NCBI RefSeq assembly: GCF_055900595.2
Contig: NZ_CM148325.1
Length of the DNA stretch: 64,000 nucleotides
Strand: one strand, 5' to 3'
Part shown: piece after piece, positions 47,401 to 56,932 of the stretch
Numbering within the stretch: the stretch's first letter is position 1
How the letters are laid out: each line of letters opens with the position of its first letter
Made by a program: the position numbers and the translations under genes
Notes under the pieces: model-generated
What the model was told of the DNA's origin: nothing
Database searches by the model: none
What the model saw: the letters and a program-made list of their open reading frames with translations, nothing else

Positions 47401-48732
47401 ATGGAAATTGCATCGAATAAAGGCGTCATTGCAGACGCTTCGACCCCGGCAGGTCGTGCTGGAATGAGTGAGAGCGAGTGGCGAGAAGCGATCAAATTCG
47501 ACAGTACTGACACCGGCTGGGTGATTATGAGTATCGGGATGGCGATTGGCGCGGGGATTGTTTTTCTCCCGGTGCAGGTCGGTTTGATGGGATTGTGGGT
47601 ATTTTTGCTCTCATCGGTGATTGGTTACCCGGCAATGTATCTGTTTCAGCGGTTGTTTATTAATACGCTGGCAGAATCACCAGAGTGTAAAGATTACCCC
47701 AGCGTCATCAGCGGTTATTTAGGTAAAAACTGGGGCATCCTGTTAGGTGCGCTCTATTTCGTGATGTTGGTGATCTGGATGTTCGTCTATTCCACCGCCA
47801 TCACCAACGATAGTGCTTCCTACCTGCATACCTTCGGTGTGACGGAAGGGTTGCTGTCAGACAGTCCCTTTTATGGTCTGGTACTGATTTGCATTCTGGT
47901 GGCGATCTCCTCACGCGGCGAGAAATTGTTATTCAAAATTTCGACTGGCATGGTGCTGACTAAGCTGCTGGTGGTTGCGGCGCTGGGCGTGTCGATGGTG
48001 GGAATGTGGCATCTGTATAACGTCGGTTCGCTACCGCCGCTGGGGCTACTGGTGAAAAACGCCATTATTACTCTGCCGTTTACCCTGACGTCGATTCTGT
48101 TTATCCAGACGTTAAGCCCGATGGTGATCTCTTATCGCTCGCGGGAAAAATCAATTGAAGTGGCGCGGCATAAAGCATTGCGGGCAATGAATATCGCGTT
48201 TGGCATTTTGTTTGTCACCGTCTTTTTCTACGCCGTGTCGTTCACGCTGGCGATGGGACATGACGAAGCGGTAAAAGCCTACGAGCAGAATATTTCCGCG
48301 CTGGCAATTGCGGCGCAGTTTATTAGCGGTGACGGCGCAGCGTGGGTGAAAGTGGTCAGCGTCATTCTTAATATTTTTGCCGTAATGACTGCATTCTTTG
48401 GTGTCTATTTAGGTTTTCGCGAAGCAACGCAAGGGATCGTAATGAACATCCTGCGTCGTAAGATGCCCGCCGAGAAGATTAACGAAAATCTCGTTCAGCG
48501 CGGCATCATGATTTTCGCCATTTTGCTGGCCTGGAGCGCCATCGTACTGAACGCACCGGTGTTGAGCTTCACCTCTATCTGTAGCCCGATTTTCGGCATG
48601 GTAGGGTGCTTGATCCCGGCGTGGCTGGTTTACAAAGTACCGGCATTGCACAAATACAAAGGGATGTCTCTGTACCTGATTATCGTCACTGGTTTGTTGC
48701 TTTGTGTATCTCCGTTCCTGGCATTTTCTTGA
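47401..48732 (+). CDS. cyuP: Cysteine/serine transporter CyuP (YhaO; 443 aa)
   Basis: Translation recognised as YhaO; paralogous to TdcC/SdaC. Confidence 0.9.
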   Translation: MEIASNKGVIADASTPAGRAGMSESEWREAIKFDSTDTGWVIMSIGMAIGAGIVFLPVQVGLMGLWVFLLSSVIGYPAMYLFQRLFINTLAESPECKDYPSVISGYLGKNWGILLGALYFVMLVIWMFVYSTAITNDSASYLHTFGVTEGLLSDSPFYGLVLICILVAISSRGEKLLFKISTGMVLTKLLVVAALGVSMVGMWHLYNVGSLPPLGLLVKNAIITLPFTLTSILFIQTLSPMVISYRSREKSIEVARHKALRAMNIAFGILFVTVFFYAVSFTLAMGHDEAVKAYEQNISALAIAAQFISGDGAAWVKVVSVILNIFAVMTAFFGVYLGFREATQGIVMNILRRKMPAEKINENLVQRGIMIFAILLAWSAIVLNAPVLSFTSICSPIFGMVGCLIPAWLVYKVPALHKYKGMSLYLIIVTGLLLCVSPFLAFS

Positions 48733-48759
48733 TTTACCTGAAATTTTAAGGTTTTTATT

Positions 48760-50070
48760 ATGTTTGATTCGACTTTAAATCCGTTATGGCAGCGTTACAT
48801 CCTCGCCGTTCAGGAGGAAGTAAAACCGGCGCTGGGATGTACTGAACCAATTTCACTGGCGCTGGCGGCGGCGGTTGCTGCGGCAAAACTGGAAGGTCCG
48901 GTTGAACGTGTAGAAGCCTGGGTTTCGCCAAATCTGATGAAGAACGGTCTGGGCGTCACCGTTCCCGGCACGGGAATGGTGGGGCTGCCGATTGCGGCGG
49001 CGCTGGGCGCGTTAGGTGGTAATGCCAATGCCGGGCTGGAGGTGCTGAAAGACGCAACGGCGCAGGCAATTGCCGATGCCAAAGCACTGCTGGCGGCGGG
49101 GAAAGTCTCGGTTAAGATCCAGGAACCTTGCGATGAAATCCTCTTCTCACGCGCCAAAGTCTGGAGCGGTGAGAAGTGGGCGTGTGTCACCATCGTTGGC
49201 GGGCATACCAACATTGTGCATATTGAGACGCACAATGGCGTGGTGTTTACCCAGCAGGCCAGTGTGGCAGAGGGCGAGCAAGAGTCGCCACTGACGGTGC
49301 TCTCCAGAACGACGCTGGCTGAGATCCTGAAGTTCGTCAATGAAGTGCCGTTTTCGGCGATCCGCTTTATTCTCGATTCCGCGAAGTTAAATTGCGCGTT
49401 ATCGCAGGAAGGTTTGAGTGGTAACTGGGGGCTACATATTGGCGCGACGCTGGAGAAACAGTGTGCACGCGGTTTGCTGGCGAAAGATCTCTCTTCATCC
49501 ATTGTGATTCGTACCAGCGCGGCATCCGATGCGCGTATGGGCGGTGCTACGCTTCCGGCAATGAGTAACTCCGGCTCGGGTAACCAGGGGATCACTGCAA
49601 CAATGCCTGTGGTGGTGGTAGCAGAACACTTCGGGGCCGATGATGAACGGCTGGCGCGTGCGCTGATGCTTTCGCATTTGAGCGCGATTTACATCCATAA
49701 CCAGTTACCGCGTTTGTCTGCGCTTTGTGCCGCAACGACCGCAGCAATGGGGGCCGCCGCCGGGATGGCATGGCTGGTGGATGGGCGTTATGAAACCATC
49801 TCGATGGCGATCAGTAGTATGATCGGCGATGTCAGCGGCATGATTTGCGATGGTGCGTCCAACAGCTGCGCGATGAAGGTTTCGACCAGTGCTTCGGCTG
49901 CGTGGAAAGCAGTGTTAATGGCGCTGGATGATACCGCTGTGACCGGTAATGAAGGTATTGTGGCGCATGATGTTGAGCAGTCGATTGCCAACCTGTGTGC
50001 GCTGGCAAGCCATTCGATGCAGCAAACGGATCGGCAGATTATCGAGATTATGGCGAGCAAGGCCAGATAA
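48760..50070 (+). CDS. cyuA: L-cysteine desulfidase CyuA (YhaM; 436 aa)
   Basis: Translation recognised as YhaM. Confidence 0.9.
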   Translation: MFDSTLNPLWQRYILAVQEEVKPALGCTEPISLALAAAVAAAKLEGPVERVEAWVSPNLMKNGLGVTVPGTGMVGLPIAAALGALGGNANAGLEVLKDATAQAIADAKALLAAGKVSVKIQEPCDEILFSRAKVWSGEKWACVTIVGGHTNIVHIETHNGVVFTQQASVAEGEQESPLTVLSRTTLAEILKFVNEVPFSAIRFILDSAKLNCALSQEGLSGNWGLHIGATLEKQCARGLLAKDLSSSIVIRTSAASDARMGGATLPAMSNSGSGNQGITATMPVVVVAEHFGADDERLARALMLSHLSAIYIHNQLPRLSALCAATTAAMGAAAGMAWLVDGRYETISMAISSMIGDVSGMICDGASNSCAMKVSTSASAAWKAVLMALDDTAVTGNEGIVAHDVEQSIANLCALASHSMQQTDRQIIEIMASKAR

Positions 50071-50084
50071 ACGCCTGGTTTTGG

Positions 50085-50195
<111 letters not shown>

Positions 50196-50202
50196 CTTGT
50201 CT

Positions 50203-50367
50203 TTACGCGGTAGCTTCATCCTCGGCTAAACGCGTTTCAGCATCCGCGACAATGGCTTCCAGTTCGCTCAACATCTCTTCATAGCCAAAATTATTGGCGG
50301 TGCGAGCCGGTTCCTTCGCCACCACGGGCTTCACCGGCTGACGCTTTTTGGCCGATTTTTTACTCAT
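50203..50367 (-). CDS. yhaL: Small protein YhaL (54 aa; MSKKSAKKRQPVKPVVAKEPARTANNFGYEEMLSELEAIVADAETRLAEDEATA)
   Basis: Not in the ORF track (under 60 aa); ATG at 50367 with AGGGAG SD; 22 bp upstream of yhaK on the same strand. Confidence 0.6.
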   Translation of the reverse strand: MSKKSAKKRQPVKPVVAKEPARTANNFGYEEMLSELEAIVADAETRLAEDEATA

Positions 50368-50389
50368 CTTCATCTCCCTGTAAAAACAA

Positions 50390-51091
50390 CTAGACAGGCA
50401 AATCTATCAGCAAAGCGCGCAGTGGGGAATCGGCAACCAGCGTAATGTTAGCCTCGTCACGAATAAACGCCCCATCACCGCAGGTCAGCGCCGCTTTCTC
50501 TTCATGATGCGTAAGCGCATGAAATTGCCCGTGAATCGATTGCAAATACGCGCGTGGTCCATGCAACTGGAAATTCGCACTTTCGCCTTTGTCGAGCACA
50601 ATATGATGCAGCCATACTTGCTGGCGCAACTGCAGGCTTCCCATCGCCCCCTCTGGCGAGGCGATTAATTGCTGCTTGTCCATATTAAGCGCCAGCTTTT
50701 GAATCAGCGGATTCTCTCGCTGCGGGCAGGCATCCAGCCAAAGCTGCATTCGCGTTAACGGTTTGTCTTTGCTGAGATTGTGTTCGCTATAGCTGACACC
50801 CGGCTGGGTAGAGAGCAGCAACGCTTCACCTGCGTAGGCCTGAATATGATTGCCTTCGCTGTCGCGATACTCAGCTTCTCCATCCAGAATCACATTTAAA
50901 ATATCGACTTTGGGATAGGTTCGTGGCTGAAAGGCGGCACCTGGGGCCAGAACTTCCTGGTTAAGCACACGCAGGGAGGCATAACCTAACAATTTCGGGT
51001 CGAAGTAGTGTCCAAAGGAAAAAGTATACCGGGCCTGCAACCATCCGTAGTCTGCTTGTCCACACTGCCTGGCAGTTCGGGTAGTAATCAT
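50390..51091 (-). CDS. yhaK: Pirin-like cupin protein YhaK (233 aa)
   Basis: Translation recognised as YhaK. Confidence 0.9.
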   Translation of the reverse strand: MITTRTARQCGQADYGWLQARYTFSFGHYFDPKLLGYASLRVLNQEVLAPGAAFQPRTYPKVDILNVILDGEAEYRDSEGNHIQAYAGEALLLSTQPGVSYSEHNLSKDKPLTRMQLWLDACPQRENPLIQKLALNMDKQQLIASPEGAMGSLQLRQQVWLHHIVLDKGESANFQLHGPRAYLQSIHGQFHALTHHEEKAALTCGDGAFIRDEANITLVADSPLRALLIDLPV

Positions 51092-51195
51092 AATTCTTGA
51101 CCTCTCTTTACTTCCTTTTATGGTAAGGGGCTGGACGCTACATTGTTAGCCAGATATTCTGCCCGGTATGTTCAAATTTCCTGAATGAGAACGAA

Positions 51196-52092
51196 ATGGC
51201 CAAAGAAAGGGTATTAACGCTGGAAGCACTACGGGTTATGGATGCGATCGATCGCCGGGGCAGTTTTGCGGCGGCGGCGGATGAGCTGGGACGCGTGCCT
51301 TCCGCACTTAGCTACACCATGCAAAAACTAGAAGAAGAGCTGGATGTGGTGTTGTTTGACCGCTCGGGCCATCGCACCAAATTCACCAATGTCGGGCGAA
51401 TGTTGCTGGAGCGAGGGCGCGTTTTGCTGGAAGCCGCAGATAAACTGACTACCGATGCGGAAGCTCTCGCGCGCGGTTGGGAAACGCATCTCACCATTGT
51501 GACCGAAGCGCTGGTACCGACACCTGCCTTTTTCCCGTTAATTGACAAACTGGCGGTAAAAGCCAATACCCAACTGGCAATCATCACTGAAGTGCTGGCA
51601 GGGGCGTGGGAACGGCTGGAGCAGGGGCGGGCGGATATTGTTATCGCGCCGGATATGCATTTTCGCTCCTCGTCGGAGATCAACTCGCGCAAACTCTATA
51701 CCTTAATGAACGTCTATGTTGCCGCGCCTGATCACCCGATTCATCAGGAGCCGGAACCGTTATCTGAAGTGACGCGCGTGAAATATCGTGGAATTGCGGT
51801 GGCGGATACCGCTCGTGAGCGCCCGGTGTTGACCGTACAGCTGCTGGACAAACAGCCGCGCTTAACGGTGAGCACGATTGAAGATAAACGTCAGGCATTA
51901 CTGGCGGGGCTTGGCGTGGCGACGATGCCGTATCCGATGGTCGAAAAAGATATTGCGGAAGGGCGGTTGCGTGTCGTCAGCCCGGAATCGACCAGCGAGA
52001 TCGATATTATTATGGCCTGGCGTCGTGACAGTATGGGGGAAGCGAAATCCTGGTGTCTGCGGGAAATTCCCAAACTTTTTAGCGGAAAATAA
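51196..52092 (+). CDS. yhaJ: LysR-family transcriptional regulator YhaJ (298 aa)
   Basis: Translation recognised as YhaJ; N-terminal HTH. Confidence 0.9.
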   Translation: MAKERVLTLEALRVMDAIDRRGSFAAAADELGRVPSALSYTMQKLEEELDVVLFDRSGHRTKFTNVGRMLLERGRVLLEAADKLTTDAEALARGWETHLTIVTEALVPTPAFFPLIDKLAVKANTQLAIITEVLAGAWERLEQGRADIVIAPDMHFRSSSEINSRKLYTLMNVYVAAPDHPIHQEPEPLSEVTRVKYRGIAVADTARERPVLTVQLLDKQPRLTVSTIEDKRQALLAGLGVATMPYPMVEKDIAEGRLRVVSPESTSEIDIIMAWRRDSMGEAKSWCLREIPKLFSGK

Positions 52093-52109
52093 TATTTGTT
52101 ATTTTTAAT

Positions 52110-52132
52110 AAAAAGGGGCGAAATATCGCCCC
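52110..52132 (-). terminator. Hairpin terminator downstream of yhaI (also 3' of yhaJ)
   Basis: ggggcg-aaatat-cgcccc; on the minus-strand transcript the hairpin is followed by UUUUU. Confidence 0.55.
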
Positions 52133-52142
52133 AATTCTAAGA

Positions 52143-52499
52143 TTAATTTGAACCAAACTTCGGATCGTTTCCGTAACGATTGCTGCCAGAATTGCCTTCT
52201 AAACAGGCAAATACAAACAGAACTAACCAGCCAATGACCGGTACCAGATAGAGAAGCGCCCACGCACCTGAACGGTCAGTATCGTGCAGACGACGAACGC
52301 ACAGAGCAATGACCGGAATGATTGTTGCTGCCAGGTAAATGAGAGAAAGGAATGGAAACTCTAAACCTAAAATCAATTGAATGACATTGATAATAGTGCC
52401 GACGATGGCGTTAATCAGAGTAAACATCCAGTACTCTTTACGACGTGCACGACCAGAGAAACCAACATAATTTTTTAATACGGCTAAATACAACTGCAT
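52143..52499 (-). CDS. yhaI: DUF805 inner-membrane protein YhaI (118 aa)
   Basis: Paralog of YhaH (shared LKNYVGF-GRARRKEYWMF…RRLHDTDRS motifs). Confidence 0.85.
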   Translation of the reverse strand: MQLYLAVLKNYVGFSGRARRKEYWMFTLINAIVGTIINVIQLILGLEFPFLSLIYLAATIIPVIALCVRRLHDTDRSGAWALLYLVPVIGWLVLFVFACLEGNSGSNRYGNDPKFGSN

Positions 52500-52740
52500 A
52501 AAAACATCCCTTTAATTAAAAGTTGCGAAAGTCTATTCCGGAGATGGAGTAAATGCTATTCGTATCTTTCTTTTTCGGATGTTATAAAGGTTTTGATATT
52601 TAAGATAAATACATGGCCGTTTTTTATATGTAATTTATATAACGACATTGAAATAATTTAAATAAACATTAGTAGATTATTTATTCATCAACATGATGAT
52701 AAAAGCCGGATGAGTCAGACATCCGGCGAGGAGATTTGTT

Positions 52741-53106
52741 TTAAGGTTCCAGTTTCGGATCTGGTCCAAAGCGGTTTTCGCCTGGCGTACCTGCCTGGCA
52801 GTTAAAGACGATGATAATCAGCCAGCCGATAAACGGAATTAAGAACAGCAGTGCCCACCACGCCGAGCGGTCGGTGTCGTGCAGGCGGCGGAACTGAACT
52901 GCCCACCATGGTAAAAACACCAGAATACCGTAGATTGTCGTCAGGATGCCTTCGCCACCGGCGCGTTGCCAGCCTAACATTTTATCCAGCAGCCCCAGCA
53001 CGAACGTAAAGATGATGTTGACCAGAATAAACATCCAGTACTCTTTGCGCCGCGCACGGCCCCGGAAACCGACATAATTTTTTAGTACTTTCAGATACCA
53101 GTCCAT
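52741..53106 (-). CDS. yhaH: DUF805 inner-membrane protein YhaH (121 aa)
   Basis: Start at MDWYLKVLKNYV (53106); paralog of YhaI. Confidence 0.85.
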   Translation of the reverse strand: MDWYLKVLKNYVGFRGRARRKEYWMFILVNIIFTFVLGLLDKMLGWQRAGGEGILTTIYGILVFLPWWAVQFRRLHDTDRSAWWALLFLIPFIGWLIIIVFNCQAGTPGENRFGPDPKLEP

Positions 53107-53229
53107 TTTTGCCTCAATTTTGCTCAATCACTTGTTTTTAAAGCAGCAAATTAAGAATAGACGTGAATGAAATGGCAGTAAATATTATCTCGATGAATTA
53201 ATAAGGCGCTGTGAAGGATAAGGGCAAGC

Positions 53230-53352
53230 GCAAAATTGCCAGATGCGCTACGCTTATCTGGACTGCGCGGTCATTGCAACATATTGAATATAAATGTTTT
53301 GTAGGTTTGATAAGGCGTTTACGCCGCATCCGACATGAACAACACGCACTTA
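53230..53352. repeat. Diverged copy of the REP module found upstream of yqjG
   Basis: gcaaaattgccagatgcgctacgcttatctgg…attgaatataaatgttttgtaggtttgataaggcgtttacgccgcatccgacatgaacaacacgcactt aligns by eye with the 54397-54780 repeat units. Confidence 0.55.
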
Positions 53353-53388
53353 GCTAATTATCAGAGGCACCTCGTAAGGTGCCTTTTT

Positions 53389-54375
53389 TTAACCGAAGCG
53401 AACATCTCGTCCATGCGGTTCATCGAGATCCTGCCACGGACCAATTGAAATAATCCCCGTAGGGTTGATGGTCTTATGGCTGCGGAAGTAATGATTACGG
53501 ATGTGATCGAAATTGACGGTTTCGGCAATTCCCGGCATCTGGTAGATATCGCGCAGGAAGCCATACAGATTCAGGTAATCGCTGATGCGGTGCTTATCAC
53601 ACTTGAAGTGGGTCACATACACTGGATCAAAACGCACCAGCGTGGTCCACAGGCGAATATCGGCTTCGGTTAGCTGGTTGCCGGTCAGGTAACGGTGCTG
53701 ACCTAAAATCTGTTCCAGTCGCGCCAGCGATTCAAACACTTTCGCCACCGCCTCGTCGTAGGCTTGCTGGCTGGTGGCAAAACCGGCTTTATACACGCCA
53801 TTGTTAACGGTGTCGTAAATCCAGCCATTAAGTTCGTCAATTTTCGTTTGCAGGGCTGAAGGGTAGTAATCTCCAGCTTTCGCACCCAGCGCATCAAACG
53901 CGGTATTAAACATGCGGATGATTTCCGCTGATTCGTTGCTGACAATGGTGTGGTTCTTCTTGTCCCAGAGTACGGGAACAGTAACTCGTCCGCTGTAGTG
54001 TGGATCGGCGTGGAGATAAAGCTGATACAGAAATTCATGTTGATAGAGCGTATCGCCGGTTGCTCCCGGAAAACTGTCATCAAAGGTCCAGCCGTTTTCC
54101 AGCATTAACGGGTTCACTACGGAAACGGAAATAAACGGTTCCAGCCCTTTGAGTTTACGCATGATCAGCGTGCGGTGCGCCCACGGGCAGGCGAGTGAAA
54201 CATAGAGATGATAACGATCTTTCTCTGCGGCAAAACCGCCTTTGCCAGTGGGGCCTGGCGCGCCATCGGCAGTGAGCCAGTTACGAAATGCGGAAGCTGA
54301 ACGTTGAAATTTACCGCCGGTGGATTTGGTGTCGTACCAGGTGTCATGCCAGACGCCGTCAATCAGTTGACCCAT
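53389..54375 (-). CDS. yqjG: Glutathionyl-hydroquinone reductase YqjG (Xi-class GST; 328 aa)
   Basis: Start at MGQLIDGVWHD (54375) with GGAGGAGAG SD; the ORF-track 448-aa version is an artefactual upstream extension through the tandem repeats. Confidence 0.9.
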   Translation of the reverse strand: MGQLIDGVWHDTWYDTKSTGGKFQRSASAFRNWLTADGAPGPTGKGGFAAEKDRYHLYVSLACPWAHRTLIMRKLKGLEPFISVSVVNPLMLENGWTFDDSFPGATGDTLYQHEFLYQLYLHADPHYSGRVTVPVLWDKKNHTIVSNESAEIIRMFNTAFDALGAKAGDYYPSALQTKIDELNGWIYDTVNNGVYKAGFATSQQAYDEAVAKVFESLARLEQILGQHRYLTGNQLTEADIRLWTTLVRFDPVYVTHFKCDKHRISDYLNLYGFLRDIYQMPGIAETVNFDHIRNHYFRSHKTINPTGIISIGPWQDLDEPHGRDVRFG

Positions 54376-54396
54376 TTTTCTCTCCTCCAATAGCAA

Positions 54397-54780
54397 AAAC
54401 GAGGAGCGTTTCTCCTCGTTTGAGACTGATGGCAAACGCAAAACTGCCTGATGCGCTATGCTTATCAGGCCTACGAGGTTTCTGCAATGTATTGAATTTG
54501 CATGTTTTTGTAGGCCGGATAAGGCGTTCACGCCGCATCCGGCATGAACAACGTGCACTTTGTCAACAATCTGAAACGAGGAGCGTTTCTCCTCGTTTGA
54601 GACTGATGGCAAACGCAAAACTGCCTGATGCGCTATGCTTATCAGGCCTACGAGGTTTCTGCAACGTATTGAATTTGCATGTTTTTGTAGGCCGGACAAG
54701 GCGTTCACGCCGCATCCGGCATGAACAACGCGCACTTTGTCAACAATCTGAAACGAGGAGTGTTCCCCCTCGTTTTTTAT
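54397..54780. repeat. Tandem array (about 2.2 copies) of a 177-bp composite unit: perfect hairpin plus REP pair
   Basis: Units begin at 54397, 54574 and 54751 (partial); each carries aaacgaggagcgtttctcctcgttt followed by REP units (gcctgatgcgctatgcttatcaggcctac…gtaggccggataaggcgttcacgccgcatccggca); the two full copies differ at 3 positions. Confidence 0.8.
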
Positions 54781-54799
54781 CGTTAAGTATAGCGCGTAC

Positions 54800-55192
54800 T
54801 TACCACTTTTTATTCAACAGACGGTCGATGCTATACGCGCCCGGACCGGTAATCGCCAGCAGCAGGAATCCGCCAGAAATAGTCAGGTTTTTCATAAACA
54901 TCAGCGAGTTCATGCCTTCTGCAAAATTGCTGTGAAATAAAAATGCCGTCAGCAGCGTAAAGCCCGCAGTAAACAGGGCAGTGGTACGTGTCAGGAAACC
55001 AAACAGGATTGCCAGACCACCACCAAACTCAAGCAGAATCACCAGTGGCAGCATAAAGCCTGGGACACCCATCGCTTCCATATATTGTTGCGTACCCGCG
55101 TAGCCAGTAATTTTTCCCCAACCTGCCGTAATAAACAGAATCGGCATTAAAATGCGTGCGACCAGTACCCCAACATCTTCTAATTTTTTCAT
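54800..55192 (-). CDS. yqjF: DoxX-family inner-membrane protein YqjF (130 aa)
   Basis: Start at MKKLEDVGVL (55192); ORF track extends to 55282. Confidence 0.85.
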   Translation of the reverse strand: MKKLEDVGVLVARILMPILFITAGWGKITGYAGTQQYMEAMGVPGFMLPLVILLEFGGGLAILFGFLTRTTALFTAGFTLLTAFLFHSNFAEGMNSLMFMKNLTISGGFLLLAITGPGAYSIDRLLNKKW

Positions 55193-55378
55193 CTTACTCT
55201 CCACTGCGCCGCTCAGGCTGCTGATTGTTTTTTTGTGCAAGGGCGCGGTATTAGCGTCGTTGCTTTCGATGGAGAGAATCATAAACGTGGCGAAGCGTGA
55301 TTGTTAGCAAGGAAAACTGTCAAATATTTTCAAAAAATTTGAGGAATAAGGCCGGAATGTCTCCGGCCAGAGAGGAAG

Positions 55379-55678
55379 TTAACCGCGAAGCTGTTGTTGC
55401 TTGAGGGTTGTTTTCACCAGACGCCAGGCGCTCCATACACCAAAACCGCGTCTGGCCCAGCGGACCAGCATATTGGGATGACGAATCGTCCAGATAGCCA
55501 TCACACTACTGCCAACCAGCGCCCAGGAGCGCAGACTCAGCAGCATATTCCAGCGACGATCATAAGCGCCTGTCGCCTCCAGCCATTCACGACGACTGGC
55601 GGAAAGATCCAGCCGTTGTTGCTGGATCTGGCTAAGCAGTTGCGCCTTACGTCGTTCACGTTCGACTTTACTGCTCAC
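55379..55678 (-). CDS. yqjK: Small uncharacterised protein YqjK (99 aa)
   Basis: GTG start at 55678 (VSSKVERERRK), overlapping the yqjE 3' end by 11 nt. Confidence 0.7.
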   Translation of the reverse strand: MSSKVERERRKAQLLSQIQQQRLDLSASRREWLEATGAYDRRWNMLLSLRSWALVGSSVMAIWTIRHPNMLVRWARRGFGVWSAWRLVKTTLKQQQLRG

Positions 55679-56072
55679 GGGACTCCTCCTCGAGCAGTTG
55701 CCGATCGTTTGCCAGCTCATGGCGCGTATGGCGCAGTAAGGTGGATTTACGCGATTTACGTAACGTCCAGATACCGCCAATGAGTGCCAGTAGCAGCAAC
55801 ACCACGGTGGTGGCAATCATCGCATTCAGGCGATATTGCGGATCAACCGCCCAGATAATCAGCACCATCAGGCTCATAAGACCAAATGCAGCGAAAAGCA
55901 TCGTCAGGCCCAGCATCAGTAAAAGCTGAAAGAGATTGGCTTTTTCCTCTTCCAGCTCCACCACCGCCAGCCGCAGACGTGTCTCCACCATTTCAACCAT
56001 GATGGAAACAATTCGCTGCCCGATGCCCAGAACGCTTTTACCGGGCCCTTGCGCGTGATGAGTGTCCGCCAT
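55668..56072 (-). CDS. yqjE: Inner-membrane protein YqjE (134 aa)
   Basis: Start at MADTHHAQGPG (56072). Confidence 0.85.
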   Translation of the reverse strand: MADTHHAQGPGKSVLGIGQRIVSIMVEMVETRLRLAVVELEEEKANLFQLLLMLGLTMLFAAFGLMSLMVLIIWAVDPQYRLNAMIATTVVLLLLALIGGIWTLRKSRKSTLLRHTRHELANDRQLLEEESREQ

Positions 56073-56074
56073 AA

Positions 56075-56380
56075 TTAACGACGCGACAGCAGAACGCCGA
56101 GCACTACACCGATTGCAGCGCCAATGCCCACGCCCGTCCACGGATTTTCACGCACATACTCATCGGCACGCGCCGCCGCGACACGGGTTTGTTTGGCAAT
56201 GGCATCACCGGTTTCACCCAGGCGATAACGGCTCTGTTTCAGTGCCTGCTCCGCTTTGCTACGAATCTTACTCAACTCTTCTTTCGACTTCTCGCCAGAT
56301 GAGCTAAGCACCTCTTCCAGCGTATCGGAAAGGGATTTCAACTCAGCACGCAGATGTTCCGTAGTGTGTTCTTTCGACAT
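56075..56380 (-). CDS. yqjD: Ribosome-associated membrane-anchored protein YqjD (ElaB/YgaM family; 101 aa)
   Basis: Translation recognised as YqjD; C-terminal transmembrane anchor. Confidence 0.9.
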   Translation of the reverse strand: MSKEHTTEHLRAELKSLSDTLEEVLSSSGEKSKEELSKIRSKAEQALKQSRYRLGETGDAIAKQTRVAAARADEYVRENPWTGVGIGAAIGVVLGVLLSRR

Positions 56381-56417
56381 AGTTTTCTCCAGGTGAGTAA
56401 GTAGTGACTATTGTGAG

Positions 56418-56786
56418 TTAGTAGTCGCGCGCTTCCAGCTTTTTCAGCTCTTCCTGCGCTTCTGCCAGTTTCCGTTCGCGTTTGGCAATCTTATCGGCAT
56501 CGCCTTTTTGCTTCGCCTCGGCTAAATCTTGCTGGCGTTCCGCCACCTCATCTTTCTGCTTTGCGATTTTCTTCTGATGATCGGCACGCAGCTGGCTATC
56601 TGAACAGTTGGCCCGGACTTCACTCAGGGCTTTATTCAGACCGTCAATACGATTCTGGTTTTGGTGTTTTTCGGCATAGCTGATCTCCTTAAGGATATTT
56701 TGCTCCTTTTCCTGACACAGGGTAGTGGCATAACTACCGGTACTAAGAGCAAAAAGAGAAACAGCTAAAGCGATGCGGTATTTCAT
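56418..56786 (-). CDS. yqjC: Periplasmic DUF1090 protein YqjC (122 aa)
   Basis: Signal peptide followed by a coiled-coil-like K/E-rich region; start at MKYRIALAV (56786). Confidence 0.85.
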   Translation of the reverse strand: MKYRIALAVSLFALSTGSYATTLCQEKEQNILKEISYAEKHQNQNRIDGLNKALSEVRANCSDSQLRADHQKKIAKQKDEVAERQQDLAEAKQKGDADKIAKRERKLAEAQEELKKLEARDY

Positions 56787-56932
56787 TCTTGAACCTTCCA
56801 TTGTGATTCGGACCTATTACAAAGGAACGATTGTCCAGACAACGAAGCGGTAGTGTTAACCACCGCCTCATTAATCATAGACAGTTACGGTGAAATCACC
56901 AAAGTGAGTGATCTGTTTCGGATAACAGGAAG

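Noticed and set aside
48810-49595. 261-aa minus-strand ORF inside cyuA
   Set aside because: Antisense shadow ORF with Ala/Ser/Pro-rich low-complexity translation.
53389-54735. 448-aa ORF-track version of yqjG
   Set aside because: The extra 120 N-terminal residues are translated from the tandem REP/hairpin repeats and show an internal duplicated peptide; the real start is the ATG at 54375 with a strong SD.
54288-54935. 215-aa plus-strand ORF across the yqjG-yqjF gap
   Set aside because: Entirely a translation of tandem repeat DNA (same 59-aa block twice); overlaps yqjF antisense.
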